From an uncultured bacterium (GTDB lineage Bacteria; Desulfobacterota_D; UBA1144; Nemesobacterales; UBA2774), in the NCBI GenBank assembly GCA_963705505.1, contig CAVPJU010000010.1:320001-384000 (forward strand): 64,000 nt of DNA, written 5' to 3'. Positions within the stretch are counted from its first letter, which is position 1, and each line of letters begins with the position of its first letter. This document shows, one piece after another, positions 30,653-40,389 of the stretch. The notes below the pieces were generated by a model, which saw only the letters and a list, made by a program, of their open reading frames with translations, did not search any database and had not been told where the DNA came from. The position numbers and the translations under genes are program-made.

Positions 30653-32026
30653 TTAATTCTGGGTTTTTTCCTGAGTTTGTTGCGCGGGTTTTTCGGAACT
30701 CTTTGTCCCGAATTCAGTCCTGGCCTGGTCGATCTTCAGAATTACGTTGTCCTTTATCCACTTTTCGTCCCACCATTCCACCGGACGTACGGGGATACCG
30801 TTAACATAGACACCGTAATGTAAATGATCCCCGGCAGCAAGCCCGGTCTGCCCGGTCTTACCGAGTATCTGCTCTTTAGTTATCTTATCCCCGACCTTCA
30901 CGTCTATCGAACTCATGTGACCGTAGAGCGTGGCGACGCCCATGCCGTGGTCTATGATCACGGTGTTACCGTAAATTCCCATCTCCCCCGCATAGACCAC
31001 CACGCCGTTGTTTGCAGCCTCTATCGGATACCTCTTTGTCACGGCGAGGTCATATCCGAGATGGTACTGTTTATCTATAGGCTCGTTGTTATATATATAA
31101 GTCCTCTCGTCCGCGAAGTTCGCCTCCACCTGTGAGTTCGTAAGCTGATGAAAAGCGCCTTGCCACAAAATCTCGTCCGTGGATTTAGAGCTTACTTCCC
31201 GTATCCTGGCCTCGTTCTTCTTCCTCAGATCGCTGTTCACCTTGAGGAATATCTGTTTGTAATCCGCCTGCCCCTTCTCGCCCGATAGCGGGATAACGAC
31301 ATTCTCTATAAAATCGTTGCTTATATTGAGGTTGCTCTTTTTGTATTCAATATCTTTCAGTGTGTAGGGGACACCCACGCTCTTCTGGTTCCCGGCCGCG
31401 TCTTCGGCAACCAGATATATACTCTCACCGGGGGCTACGTTGTAAGGGTATGCAAAAAATACGAGATACACGTCGTCTTCGGCGAATTTCCCCTTGTACC
31501 CCGGGAAGAAATAGTCCCCTATTTTGACTCCGCTCTTCACTACGTCGGGCGAGGTTTTATATACGACCAAGGCTGAGCCGCCGAAGTTTATGTAGTTCTC
31601 CGTGCTCATTAGATCGACCGCAGGCGGGATGAGGTCGAGGTTGATATTCCTGCTCGCGACAGTCTTGTTTCCCGAAAAGAACCTGAGCCGTGAATTGTCG
31701 ATAGCCGTGACACGGAGCTCTGCGGGCCCGTTTTTGATCCCCAGCTTCTTGGCATCGATATTTATATTGATCTTGTCTCCATTGACGCCGGCGTGATAAT
31801 CCTTATTCACGAGCACAGTCTCCCCGTCCTGATTAATCAGGAGGACCGTGACATTCTTTAAGCCCGTACCCTTATCACTTACCTCGATGTCAAAGGGCTT
31901 CACGCCTACATCAGCGGTATCGAGCTTTATATCGATGACGGGGGAATGCCATTCAATTTTAGGGTAAATGTAAATTATCCCGCCTATGATTAATATCAGT
32001 ATCAGTAGAGAAAAAAATCTGCCCAT
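30653..32026 (-). CDS. M23-family metallopeptidase with N-terminal anchor
   Basis: HLGYD, YGN..IIDHG, YGH and HLH motifs. Confidence 0.92.
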   Translation of the reverse strand: MGRFFSLLILILIIGGIIYIYPKIEWHSPVIDIKLDTADVGVKPFDIEVSDKGTGLKNVTVLLINQDGETVLVNKDYHAGVNGDKININIDAKKLGIKNGPAELRVTAIDNSRLRFFSGNKTVASRNINLDLIPPAVDLMSTENYINFGGSALVVYKTSPDVVKSGVKIGDYFFPGYKGKFAEDDVYLVFFAYPYNVAPGESIYLVAEDAAGNQKSVGVPYTLKDIEYKKSNLNISNDFIENVVIPLSGEKGQADYKQIFLKVNSDLRKKNEARIREVSSKSTDEILWQGAFHQLTNSQVEANFADERTYIYNNEPIDKQYHLGYDLAVTKRYPIEAANNGVVVYAGEMGIYGNTVIIDHGMGVATLYGHMSSIDVKVGDKITKEQILGKTGQTGLAAGDHLHYGVYVNGIPVRPVEWWDEKWIKDNVILKIDQARTEFGTKSSEKPAQQTQEKTQN

Positions 32027-32053
32027 TTCGTGTGCTTAATTCTCCTTATTTAT

Positions 32054-32350
32054 TTAAGCCCCGGTCTTTAAGTAATCCTTTATCACGCTCGGGTACTCCC
32101 GGAAATAACGTGAAATGACGTTCAAATTGAAACTTTTGAGGATCGACTCCTTTGGCTCCCTTTCCAGCAGGAACTCGAAAGATTTTTCCACGAGCACTTG
32201 GGGAGATACGAGTCCTCCCGTGAGTTTTTCGTAATCCTCTCTCCCGACGTGAACCCTGTGAGTGCTCCAGGTACCACCTTCACTGATTTCCACATCGAAT
32301 TCAAGCAGGTCGTTTACGGATTTCACCTGCCTGACCGTTATCTCGGCCAT
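32054..32350 (-). CDS. Conserved hypothetical protein
   Basis: SFEFLLEREPKESIL..F.L..I.RYF motif; co-oriented with the M23 gene. Confidence 0.75.
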   Translation of the reverse strand: MAEITVRQVKSVNDLLEFDVEISEGGTWSTHRVHVGREDYEKLTGGLVSPQVLVEKSFEFLLEREPKESILKSFNLNVISRYFREYPSVIKDYLKTGA

Positions 32351-32439
32351 AACATATTCCCGCTTTGAATCTTGGCTGGAAATATTATAACCTAGACTTA
32401 AACCGTCAAAAACAAATTTATTATAACCGGCTAAATTGA

Positions 32440-33045
32440 ATGGAGATCAATAAATTCGATTTACAAATGCACGATATAAGAAGGGTTGCCGATATAATTG
32501 TGAGCGCCCAGGCCGGCAAAGGTGAGGATACCGACCCGCGTAAGTCGCACGGAATGGTCATGGACCTTATAAAAGCCGGGAACAACTTCCTCGGGCACGA
32601 GAACATATACGTCTCGGCCTCGGGTGAAGATATAACCGGGCTGACAATCGGCTACCGCGGGAGGGGAAAAGACGAGCTCGGGACTTTGCTCAGGCTGCTA
32701 TTATCACTCCGACTGAGCGAGTTCGTGAGTTACCTCTCATTCGCGGCGGGCCTTATTCACGGAGGCTTCACGCCCGATATCGAGGACGATGAATATTACA
32801 TAAGCGTGCTCGCGGTGGACGAACGATATAGAAGAAAGGGGATAGGGTCCTTCCTATTACGTCACTCCATTCAAACCGCAAAAGACATGGACTGTAAGAG
32901 CGTGGTGCTCGATGTGGACAGGAGCAACGAGCCTGCTATAAAGCTATACAGAAAATTCGGATTCATATTTTCCGGCAGGAACGCACACGGGAATGAACGC
33001 CTTCCGGTCCGCCCGATTTTGACTATGGAGCTGATACTTCCGTGA
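32440..33045 (+). CDS. GNAT acetyltransferase
   Basis: LAVDERYRRKGIG and N.PA.KLY.KFGF motifs. Confidence 0.9.
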   Translation: MEINKFDLQMHDIRRVADIIVSAQAGKGEDTDPRKSHGMVMDLIKAGNNFLGHENIYVSASGEDITGLTIGYRGRGKDELGTLLRLLLSLRLSEFVSYLSFAAGLIHGGFTPDIEDDEYYISVLAVDERYRRKGIGSFLLRHSIQTAKDMDCKSVVLDVDRSNEPAIKLYRKFGFIFSGRNAHGNERLPVRPILTMELILP

Positions 33046-33057
33046 GAGGCAGCGGGA

Positions 33058-33984
33058 ATGAGCGATTTCAAGAATGAATTCAGCTGGTCCGTGTCGAGAG
33101 ACGGCCTATTTAACGAGTGCAGGCGGAAATACTACTATAACTACTACGGCTCGTGGGGCGGGTGGGACAAAAAGAGTGCGGATAAGGTAACCCGCATACT
33201 ATATGTGCTGAAGAACCTCCAGAACAGGTGGCAGTGGAAAGGATCCACGGTCCATCATGAAATCGAAAGAATACTGAAGCAGCTCGTTACCACCGGCAAT
33301 CTGACCCCGGTTACAAAATCGACGGAAAGGGTGACGGAGCTTATGAGGAACGATTTCAGGTCCTCAAGAGAGGGCCAATACTGGCAGAAGGACGGCAGCC
33401 TCAGGAACGAAGCCGCGCTCTTCGAACACGAGTATAAAACCGGGACGCCGGATGAAATCTGGAAAAAGAACTATGACGAAGTGATCCTATGCTTGGAGAA
33501 CTTCTTTAACTCAAGCGTGCTCGAGGAAATAAAAAAGCTGCCGAAGGAGAAAGTATTATCCATAGAAAGCATGACGGCGGCCGCTTTTTCGTTTAACGAG
33601 GAAAAGGTCTTTGTTAAATTGGACCTGGCTTATGAGATCGAAGACAGAGTAGAGATCGTCGATTGGAAAACAGGCACAGGCGAATCGGACAAGCTCCAAT
33701 TCCTCATATACACGATCTACGCTCATGAAGAGCTCGACGCCCCGCTCGAGCAAATTTCCCTGACCGAATACAACCTGCTCGGAGATATTTCTACAACTCA
33801 TAGATTCGGCAATCAGGAATTAAATGACGCGGTAGATTACATAAACAAAAGTATTGCCGGAATGAAGAGCTATCTTGCGGAGCCTGATGAAAACATTGCC
33901 GTTATGACCGATTTCCCGCGGACCGACGACGACAGGACATGCGAGGGATGCAACTTCAAGAAAATCTGCTTTGAGCTGGATTAG
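33058..33984 (+). CDS. PD-(D/E)XK nuclease (RecB/AddB/Cas4-like) with probable 4Fe-4S cysteines
   Basis: N-terminal C in ECRRKYY; G..VH; KLD...VDWKTG...Q..IY; C-terminal CEGCNFKKIC. Confidence 0.88.
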   Translation: MSDFKNEFSWSVSRDGLFNECRRKYYYNYYGSWGGWDKKSADKVTRILYVLKNLQNRWQWKGSTVHHEIERILKQLVTTGNLTPVTKSTERVTELMRNDFRSSREGQYWQKDGSLRNEAALFEHEYKTGTPDEIWKKNYDEVILCLENFFNSSVLEEIKKLPKEKVLSIESMTAAAFSFNEEKVFVKLDLAYEIEDRVEIVDWKTGTGESDKLQFLIYTIYAHEELDAPLEQISLTEYNLLGDISTTHRFGNQELNDAVDYINKSIAGMKSYLAEPDENIAVMTDFPRTDDDRTCEGCNFKKICFELD

Positions 33985-34241
33985 GTAATATGCCCTCACT
34001 CAAACGGAGACCAGCCCCTCACCACCATACCCCTCTCTTCCACCAGGGGCGAGGGAAATAATAGTAAGTAGCGGAGTAAGGAAGAAATCCGTATATAAGC
34101 ACACGTTGTCCGTCACACTATGTGTGCCGGGAATGACAAAATTGGATTATTAATGAGCCATTTATCCGCCTGAGCGTGAAAACCTTAACCAAGAATTCAA
34201 ATTTCTGGTGTAAAATGATATTATAGTAAAGGTGGAAGCTT

Positions 34242-35585
34242 ATGTCGGAACTGGTCAGAAAAATTAATTATTTCTTTTCACGGCAGCTCTGGCGCATAGA
34301 CACCGACTCGCTCAATAAAAGAAACTCAATCTTCGTAAACCTCATCAGGTTAGCATATGTAACCATAAGAGAATACAGGGAAAATGAGCTCGCATTGAGG
34401 GCCATGAGCCTCGTATATACGACGCTGCTATCGCTCGTCCCGCTCCTCGCCTTCACTATCTCGATATTAAAGGCATTCGGGGTCGTCGATAACCAGCTCG
34501 AGCCCTTCCTCCTGAATTTCTTCGAGCCGCTCGGGGATAAGGGAATCGAGGTAACGCACAGGATAATGGAGTTCATCGGCAAGATAAATTTCGGCGTCCT
34601 CGGGGTCGCGGGCCTCGTCATGCTCATCTATACAGCGATATCCGTGATCACGAAGATAGAAGACTCGATGAACCTGATATGGAAAATCCAGAAAGGAAGG
34701 AGTCTCGCCCGGAGACTGAGCGATTATATTACGACTCTCATCGTGGGGCCAGTCCTCCTCTTTGCCGCTTTCGGTATCACTGCCACCCTTTCGAGTAATA
34801 CCGTGGTCAGCAAGTTATTGGACATCGAGCCGCTGGGAGCCATCTTTTTCGCCTTCGGCAAAGCAGTACCGTTTATTTTTGTGCTGATAGTATTCACCAT
34901 TATCTACATGATAATCCCGAACACGAAGGTGCAGATCAAGTCGGCGCTGGTGGGAGGGGTATGCGCCGGGATTGCATGGCACGCGACGAGCTGGTTCTTT
35001 CACGTAGCGGTCGCGTCTTCGACCAAATACGCAGCCATATATTCCGGCCTCGCAGTGCTCATCATTTTCATGATCTGGCTCTATCTAAACTGGCTCATAG
35101 TGCTGATAGGCGCCCAGATCACGTTCTGCTATCAGAATTTAAGGTTCCTCACGCTCAAGAAAGAGGTATTTAACCTGAGCACGAAGCTCAGGGAAAAATT
35201 GTCTCTGATCATAATGTATCTCATAGGCTATAACTTCTATTACGACCTCAACCGCTGGACGACCGATTCGCTTACGGAGCGCCTGAGGCTGCCGCATGAG
35301 CCCGTCGAGGACGCGGTCAGCGACCTGACACAAAATAAACTTATCATCGAGACGGGCGACAACCCGCCGTGTTTCGTCCCATCGAGGGCGCTCGAGAAAA
35401 TAACTTTAAAAGAGATAGTCGACGCTACGAGGACAAATTACGAGACAGACCTGGTTGAAAAAAAGTATCTCTCGATGCCCGAAGTGGACGTCGTGACCGG
35501 AAGAGTGGAAAACGCAATAAACGAGGCGCTCGGTGATACTTCGCTCAAAGACATTGTTTTATCACGAGACGAGCAGAACAAATAG
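34242..35585 (+). CDS. YihY/BrkB-family membrane protein with a C-terminal winged-helix (Rrf2-like) domain
   Basis: YTTLLSLVP, IEDSMN.IW, YAAIYSG and W.IVLIGA motifs; ITLKEI tail. Confidence 0.88.
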   Translation: MSELVRKINYFFSRQLWRIDTDSLNKRNSIFVNLIRLAYVTIREYRENELALRAMSLVYTTLLSLVPLLAFTISILKAFGVVDNQLEPFLLNFFEPLGDKGIEVTHRIMEFIGKINFGVLGVAGLVMLIYTAISVITKIEDSMNLIWKIQKGRSLARRLSDYITTLIVGPVLLFAAFGITATLSSNTVVSKLLDIEPLGAIFFAFGKAVPFIFVLIVFTIIYMIIPNTKVQIKSALVGGVCAGIAWHATSWFFHVAVASSTKYAAIYSGLAVLIIFMIWLYLNWLIVLIGAQITFCYQNLRFLTLKKEVFNLSTKLREKLSLIIMYLIGYNFYYDLNRWTTDSLTERLRLPHEPVEDAVSDLTQNKLIIETGDNPPCFVPSRALEKITLKEIVDATRTNYETDLVEKKYLSMPEVDVVTGRVENAINEALGDTSLKDIVLSRDEQNK

Positions 35586-35704
35586 GCGCATATCAACCGC
35601 AAATGAGGGTGCGCGTCGACGTACTCGGTGCAACCGGGTTTACGCTCGCGGCGGGTGAAACACACTTACGAGTGGAATGGGAAAACGATGGATATACTGA
35701 AAGG

Positions 35705-35741
35705 GAAAATCCACCCCCACCCTCCTTTAATAAAGGAGGGA
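35705..35741. repeat. REP-like palindrome, same family as 29821
   Basis: gaaaatccacccccaccctcctttaataaaggaggga. Confidence 0.75.
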
Positions 35742-35791
35742 GTCAAAGAAAAGATTAAAAGATAAATTGCCTAGTTGCAGGTTCTCCTACA

Positions 35792-36610
35792 CTAATTACA
35801 TTCGAGCTGCCCCTTGTTATTCCAGATGCCTCTGCTGCAGTTCTTGTACTTGATGCTCGAATGCGAATATTTTCCGTTCCTGTTGAGACAATCCGCTTCC
35901 AATATGTTCCCCTCGACGTAGATGTTGTTGCAGGTTTCCTTATAACTCCCCTTCGGAAGATTCGAAGAACCGCCGCCGCAAGTGAGCACGCCGTTGTTAT
36001 TCCAGATGTCCTTATTGCAGTCACTATATTTCATCGATGAATTGTACCAGCTCCCGTTATTCTTCTGGCATTTAGCGTAGAGCCAGTTCCCCTCCACATA
36101 AGCATCCTTACAACTCTGCTTATAACTGCCTTTAGGCAGATTTGACCCTCCGCCCCCGCAAGTGAGCACGCCGTTGTTATTCCAGATGTCCTTATTACAG
36201 TCACTGTATTTGATTGACGAATTGCTCCAGTTACCACTGGTTTTCTGACATTTAGCGTACAGCCATTTCCCCTCTACGTAAGCGTTCTGACAGCTCTGTT
36301 TGTAACTCCCCTTGGGCAACGATTTCTCAGGTTTCGGCGCATGCTTGCACTTAAGCTCGCCGTTCTGGTTTGAGATATCACCCTCACAGTCCTTATAATT
36401 GAGCTGTGTAGCTTTCCAGCTCCCGTCGGTCTTCTGACACTGGGCGGAAATGATCCCGAACAGTACCTGAATGTTGCTGCAGGTATTCTTATAGCTGCCC
36501 GGCGGAACGTTCCCCTGTGCGTTTGCAATTATATTCGAAAATAAAAACAGGGCAAAAGACATCATCGTTATGAAAGAAATGCGCTTCGCAACAGATATCG
36601 ATTCCATCAT
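35792..36610 (-). CDS. Secreted cyanovirin-N-like (CVNH) repeat protein, probable lectin
   Basis: Signal peptide and four repeats of P.GSYK.(S/T)C...L.A.C...G...C..(D/G)I.N.(N/K)G.L.C. Confidence 0.8.
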   Translation of the reverse strand: MMESISVAKRISFITMMSFALFLFSNIIANAQGNVPPGSYKNTCSNIQVLFGIISAQCQKTDGSWKATQLNYKDCEGDISNQNGELKCKHAPKPEKSLPKGSYKQSCQNAYVEGKWLYAKCQKTSGNWSNSSIKYSDCNKDIWNNNGVLTCGGGGSNLPKGSYKQSCKDAYVEGNWLYAKCQKNNGSWYNSSMKYSDCNKDIWNNNGVLTCGGGSSNLPKGSYKETCNNIYVEGNILEADCLNRNGKYSHSSIKYKNCSRGIWNNKGQLECN

Positions 36611-36808
36611 TTTTCTCCTTTTGCAGCGGGTATTACCGAATTCTTTACCAATTATACACCCCCGTAACTTCTAAAAACAAGACGTCCGGAAGACGCACAT
36701 TTCTCTGATAAATATCTCGGTAAATCAATTCATCTCAACTCTCCTTTTTTAACCAAGGCAACTAATGTATAATCAGGATTCTAGCAGATACATACATCGG
36801 AGATTTGA

Positions 36809-39241
36809 ATGACCCCGCCAGGGATAAGAGCCCTATTATTAATAATTCCGTTAGCCCTGTTCGCTATAGCTATTCCTGATGCTTTCGGAACTAACATCGG
36901 AATAGTCTTCGACGGCCCATCGGATCTAAACAACAAGGTGCTTGCCGCATACGAAAAAGAGATCAACGACCTGACCGAAGGGGAATTCACCGTCCGCTTT
37001 CCCGCAGACAAGATAATCGCTGCCGACTGGACCGCCGGAGGTGTGGCGTCCGCAATCGATAGTGAGCTTGCGGACCCCGGGGTCGATATACTCATTACAC
37101 TCGGCATCATAGGCTCGTCCGAGATCGCCGGAAGGACCTCTTTTCCGAAACCCGTAATCGCTCCCTGGGTGATCGATACAACCTTGCTGGGCTTAACACC
37201 GGCAAAGGGAGGGGGAAGCGGAGTCGGAAACCTTTACTATTTATCGAGACAGCAGACTCTGGGGAGGGACATCAAAAAATTCAGGGAGATCGTGGGATTC
37301 AAAAAGATGGCTCTCCTTTATATGCCCCTCATGACAGAGCTGGTCCCGGGAATCGAAAACTCCGTGAGAAAAATATCGGCGACCAATGATATCGTTATAA
37401 CGCTCGTACCCGTCAGGGGTACTGTAGAGGAAACGCTTGCGGCTATACCCCCTGACGCAGAGGCAGTATTCGTAACACCGATACTCAATTACACGGACTC
37501 ACAGATAGCCGAGCTTTACGACGGGCTCGCCGAAAAGAAACTCCCCGCCTTCTCGATGGCGGGGAAGAGCGAGGTCGAAACGGGAGCGCTCATCGGACTT
37601 ACGCCTGATCATAATTTTACCAGAGAGGCGAGACGCGTGGCGCTCGTCGTGCAGAGCATACTCCTGGGCGATCAGGCGGGGAATTTCCCCGTTGAATTTT
37701 CCGAGGAAGAGCTTCTTTCGATCAATATGGCAACCGCGCGAGCCATTAAATTCTCTCCCTCGTGGAGCATCCTGACAGAGGCCACGCTCATAAATGAAGA
37801 ACCGGCTCAGAAAGGCAGGACCCTTACTCTGGAGCAAGCCGTAAACGAATCGGTCGACGTGAACCTGGACCTCCTCGCCGCGAACCAGTTCGTCGCCGCC
37901 GGAGCACAGGACATAAAGCTCGCAATGGCGCAGCTCCTCCCGCAGTCCGACGTTTTCCTCGACAACACATACATAGACAAGGACAGAGCTGCGGCGAGCC
38001 TAGGCACGCAGCCGCAGCGCGACCTGAGCGCGGGCGGGAACGTGAGCCAGCTCATATATTCGGAAACCGCGTGGTCGAACCTGACAGTCCAGCGCCGTCT
38101 CCAGGAATCGAGGGAATTCACGCGCGATGAAGTGAGGCTCGATATAATCGCCGCGACAGCGATAGGATATCTGAACGTACTCCGAGCCAAGACCGTAGAA
38201 AATATCCAGAAGGAGAACCTTAAGCTTTCCAAATCAAACCTGGAATTGGCAAAGGTCAGGCGGGATATAGGGGTGGCCAGCCCTGCCGAAGTCTTCAGGT
38301 GGGAAAGCCAGATATCATCAGACAGGATACAAGTCGTTAATGCGGAGGCCGATAGAAAGAACACGGAAATCCTCGTGAACCGGCTGCTGCACAGGCCCCA
38401 GGGAGAGGAATTCACCACCGTGGAAACGGGACTCGAAGACCCCTCTCTCCTCGTGAGCGACCCGAGGCTCGACAGGTTCGTAAGTAATCCGGATTTGTTT
38501 AAGATATTCATGAACTTCATGGTCGATCAGGGTCTGAAACAGTCGCCCGCTATAGCTTCTATAGATTCGCAAATCGCGGCTCAGGACAGGATACTCACCT
38601 CCACCAAGAGGGCGTTCTGGTCGCCGACCATTTTTGCATTCGGGGAGCTGAGGCAATTTCTCTACGAAGGGGGAGCAGGGAGCAGCTTTAACGTTCCGGA
38701 CAACTTTCCATTAGATATATCGGGAACGGACGATACGGAATGGACAGTACAGCTCCAGGCGTCGTTCCCGCTTTTCAGGGGGGGTGCAAAAATAGCCGAT
38801 TACAGGAAAGCCAGGAGCGAGCTATCGAGGTTAAGGTACGAGAGGGATTCAACCACTGAGAAAGTCGAGGAACAGATAAGGACGTCGCTCAACAATTCGG
38901 GGGCGTCTTATCCGAGCATAGGGTTCGCTCTCAACGCCGCGGATGCAGCGCACAAAAACCTCGAGCTCGTCACCGATTCATATTCCCGCGGAGTCGTATC
39001 CATAATCGACCTGCTCGACGCACAGAACGCCGCCCTCTCGGCCGACCTCAACGCAGCTAACGCGGTTTACAACTTCCTGATCGACCTGATGAATGTCCAG
39101 CGCGCAGCCGGCAAGTTCGATTTTTTTACCTCACCCGAAGATCGTGAGGAGTGGTTCAGAATGCTCGACGAATTCTATAAGGAAGCTCGCGGAGAAAAGA
39201 AAAATAACAGTGTTGAGGCGAACGGCCCTGTCACAAAATAG
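36809..39241 (+). CDS. TolC-family outer-membrane factor with an N-terminal periplasmic substrate-binding-like domain
   Basis: About 330-aa N-domain (LPAFS...V..GAL, INMATA..I) followed by LTLEQAV...OEP repeats (YLNVL, Y..G....IDLLDAQ). Confidence 0.85.
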   Translation: MTPPGIRALLLIIPLALFAIAIPDAFGTNIGIVFDGPSDLNNKVLAAYEKEINDLTEGEFTVRFPADKIIAADWTAGGVASAIDSELADPGVDILITLGIIGSSEIAGRTSFPKPVIAPWVIDTTLLGLTPAKGGGSGVGNLYYLSRQQTLGRDIKKFREIVGFKKMALLYMPLMTELVPGIENSVRKISATNDIVITLVPVRGTVEETLAAIPPDAEAVFVTPILNYTDSQIAELYDGLAEKKLPAFSMAGKSEVETGALIGLTPDHNFTREARRVALVVQSILLGDQAGNFPVEFSEEELLSINMATARAIKFSPSWSILTEATLINEEPAQKGRTLTLEQAVNESVDVNLDLLAANQFVAAGAQDIKLAMAQLLPQSDVFLDNTYIDKDRAAASLGTQPQRDLSAGGNVSQLIYSETAWSNLTVQRRLQESREFTRDEVRLDIIAATAIGYLNVLRAKTVENIQKENLKLSKSNLELAKVRRDIGVASPAEVFRWESQISSDRIQVVNAEADRKNTEILVNRLLHRPQGEEFTTVETGLEDPSLLVSDPRLDRFVSNPDLFKIFMNFMVDQGLKQSPAIASIDSQIAAQDRILTSTKRAFWSPTIFAFGELRQFLYEGGAGSSFNVPDNFPLDISGTDDTEWTVQLQASFPLFRGGAKIADYRKARSELSRLRYERDSTTEKVEEQIRTSLNNSGASYPSIGFALNAADAAHKNLELVTDSYSRGVVSIIDLLDAQNAALSADLNAANAVYNFLIDLMNVQRAAGKFDFFTSPEDREEWFRMLDEFYKEARGEKKNNSVEANGPVTK

Positions 39242-39284
39242 ACTTAAAGCAGAATGGTACGATTTAAAGTTTGAGGGATAAAGT

Positions 39285-40361
39285 ATGAGACTATCGAAAA
39301 CCGGCTTACCTTTAAAAATTATGGCGGCTCTCGTACTGATCGCGATACTCGGTTCATGCGGGGGCGAAGATAAAGACGAATCCCAGGTCCAGGTCGTGAG
39401 ACCCGTCAAGACCATGATCCTCGGCGGCGAGCAGGGAACCGGAAGGAGCTTCCCGGGCAAGGTACAGGGGTCCCAGAGGGTGAACCTCTCGTTCAGGGTC
39501 CAGGGGCCGATAATAGAATTCCCCGTGAACGAAGGCGACGAAGTGAAGAAGGGTCAGCTCCTCGCTAGACTCGACCCGAGGGACTACCAGATCGCTTACG
39601 ACGAAGCGTACGCGCAGTTTGTAGAAGCCCAGGCTGACTATAAGAGGTATAAAGACCTCTACGAGAGGAACGCGGTGCCAGTTGCGGACCTGGACGTGAG
39701 GAGGGCAAAGCGGGATACCGCAAAGGCGAGGCTAGATTACGCCAGTGCAAACCTCGACTATACATATTTAAAAGCCCCGTTCGGCGGCTACGTCGGAGCC
39801 AAATTCGTGCAGAATTATGAGGAGATCAAACCCTTCGACAACATACTCAGCCTTCAGGACCTCACCAAAGTGGAGATCGTTATCGATCTCCCGGAAAACA
39901 TACTCGCCTTGACGAAGCAAGGGGATGTCATAAAACTGTACGCGACGTTCCAGTCGGCTCCGGGCGAGGAGTTCCCGTTAGTGATAAAAGAGGTGAGCGC
40001 CCAGGCCGACCCCAGGACGCAGACGTACCGCGCCACGCTGAGCATGGATCAGCCCGGAACGATCAGGGTGCTGCCGGGGATGACCGCGCAGGTCCACCTG
40101 GAGGGGAAAACGAACAATATCAAGAACGGAGACTATTTTATAATTCCGGCTATCGCGGTCGTGACCGGTGACGGACCAGACCAATACGTATGGGTAGTAG
40201 ATCAAAACGACCTCACGGTTCATAAAAGGGTAGTCAAGGTGGGGTCAGTAACCGGCCAAAAGGACATCGAGATACTGAGCGGGCTCAAAGCGGGCGAGAT
40301 GATCGCTGTGAGCGGCACGACACAGCTCCGCGAAGGAATGCAGGTGACGCTCCTAAATTAG
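39285..40361 (+). CDS. RND periplasmic adaptor (membrane fusion lipoprotein)
   Basis: LGSC lipobox; V.EGD.VKKGQLLARLD; L.APF.G; LPGM. Confidence 0.93.
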   Translation: MRLSKTGLPLKIMAALVLIAILGSCGGEDKDESQVQVVRPVKTMILGGEQGTGRSFPGKVQGSQRVNLSFRVQGPIIEFPVNEGDEVKKGQLLARLDPRDYQIAYDEAYAQFVEAQADYKRYKDLYERNAVPVADLDVRRAKRDTAKARLDYASANLDYTYLKAPFGGYVGAKFVQNYEEIKPFDNILSLQDLTKVEIVIDLPENILALTKQGDVIKLYATFQSAPGEEFPLVIKEVSAQADPRTQTYRATLSMDQPGTIRVLPGMTAQVHLEGKTNNIKNGDYFIIPAIAVVTGDGPDQYVWVVDQNDLTVHKRVVKVGSVTGQKDIEILSGLKAGEMIAVSGTTQLREGMQVTLLN

Positions 40362-40389
40362 CAGGAACAATACGAAAGGTTTCTCCCGA

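Noticed and set aside
33058..34240. CRISPR-Cas locus suggested by the Cas4-like nuclease
   Set aside because: No regularly spaced repeats and no cas1/cas2 anywhere in the window.
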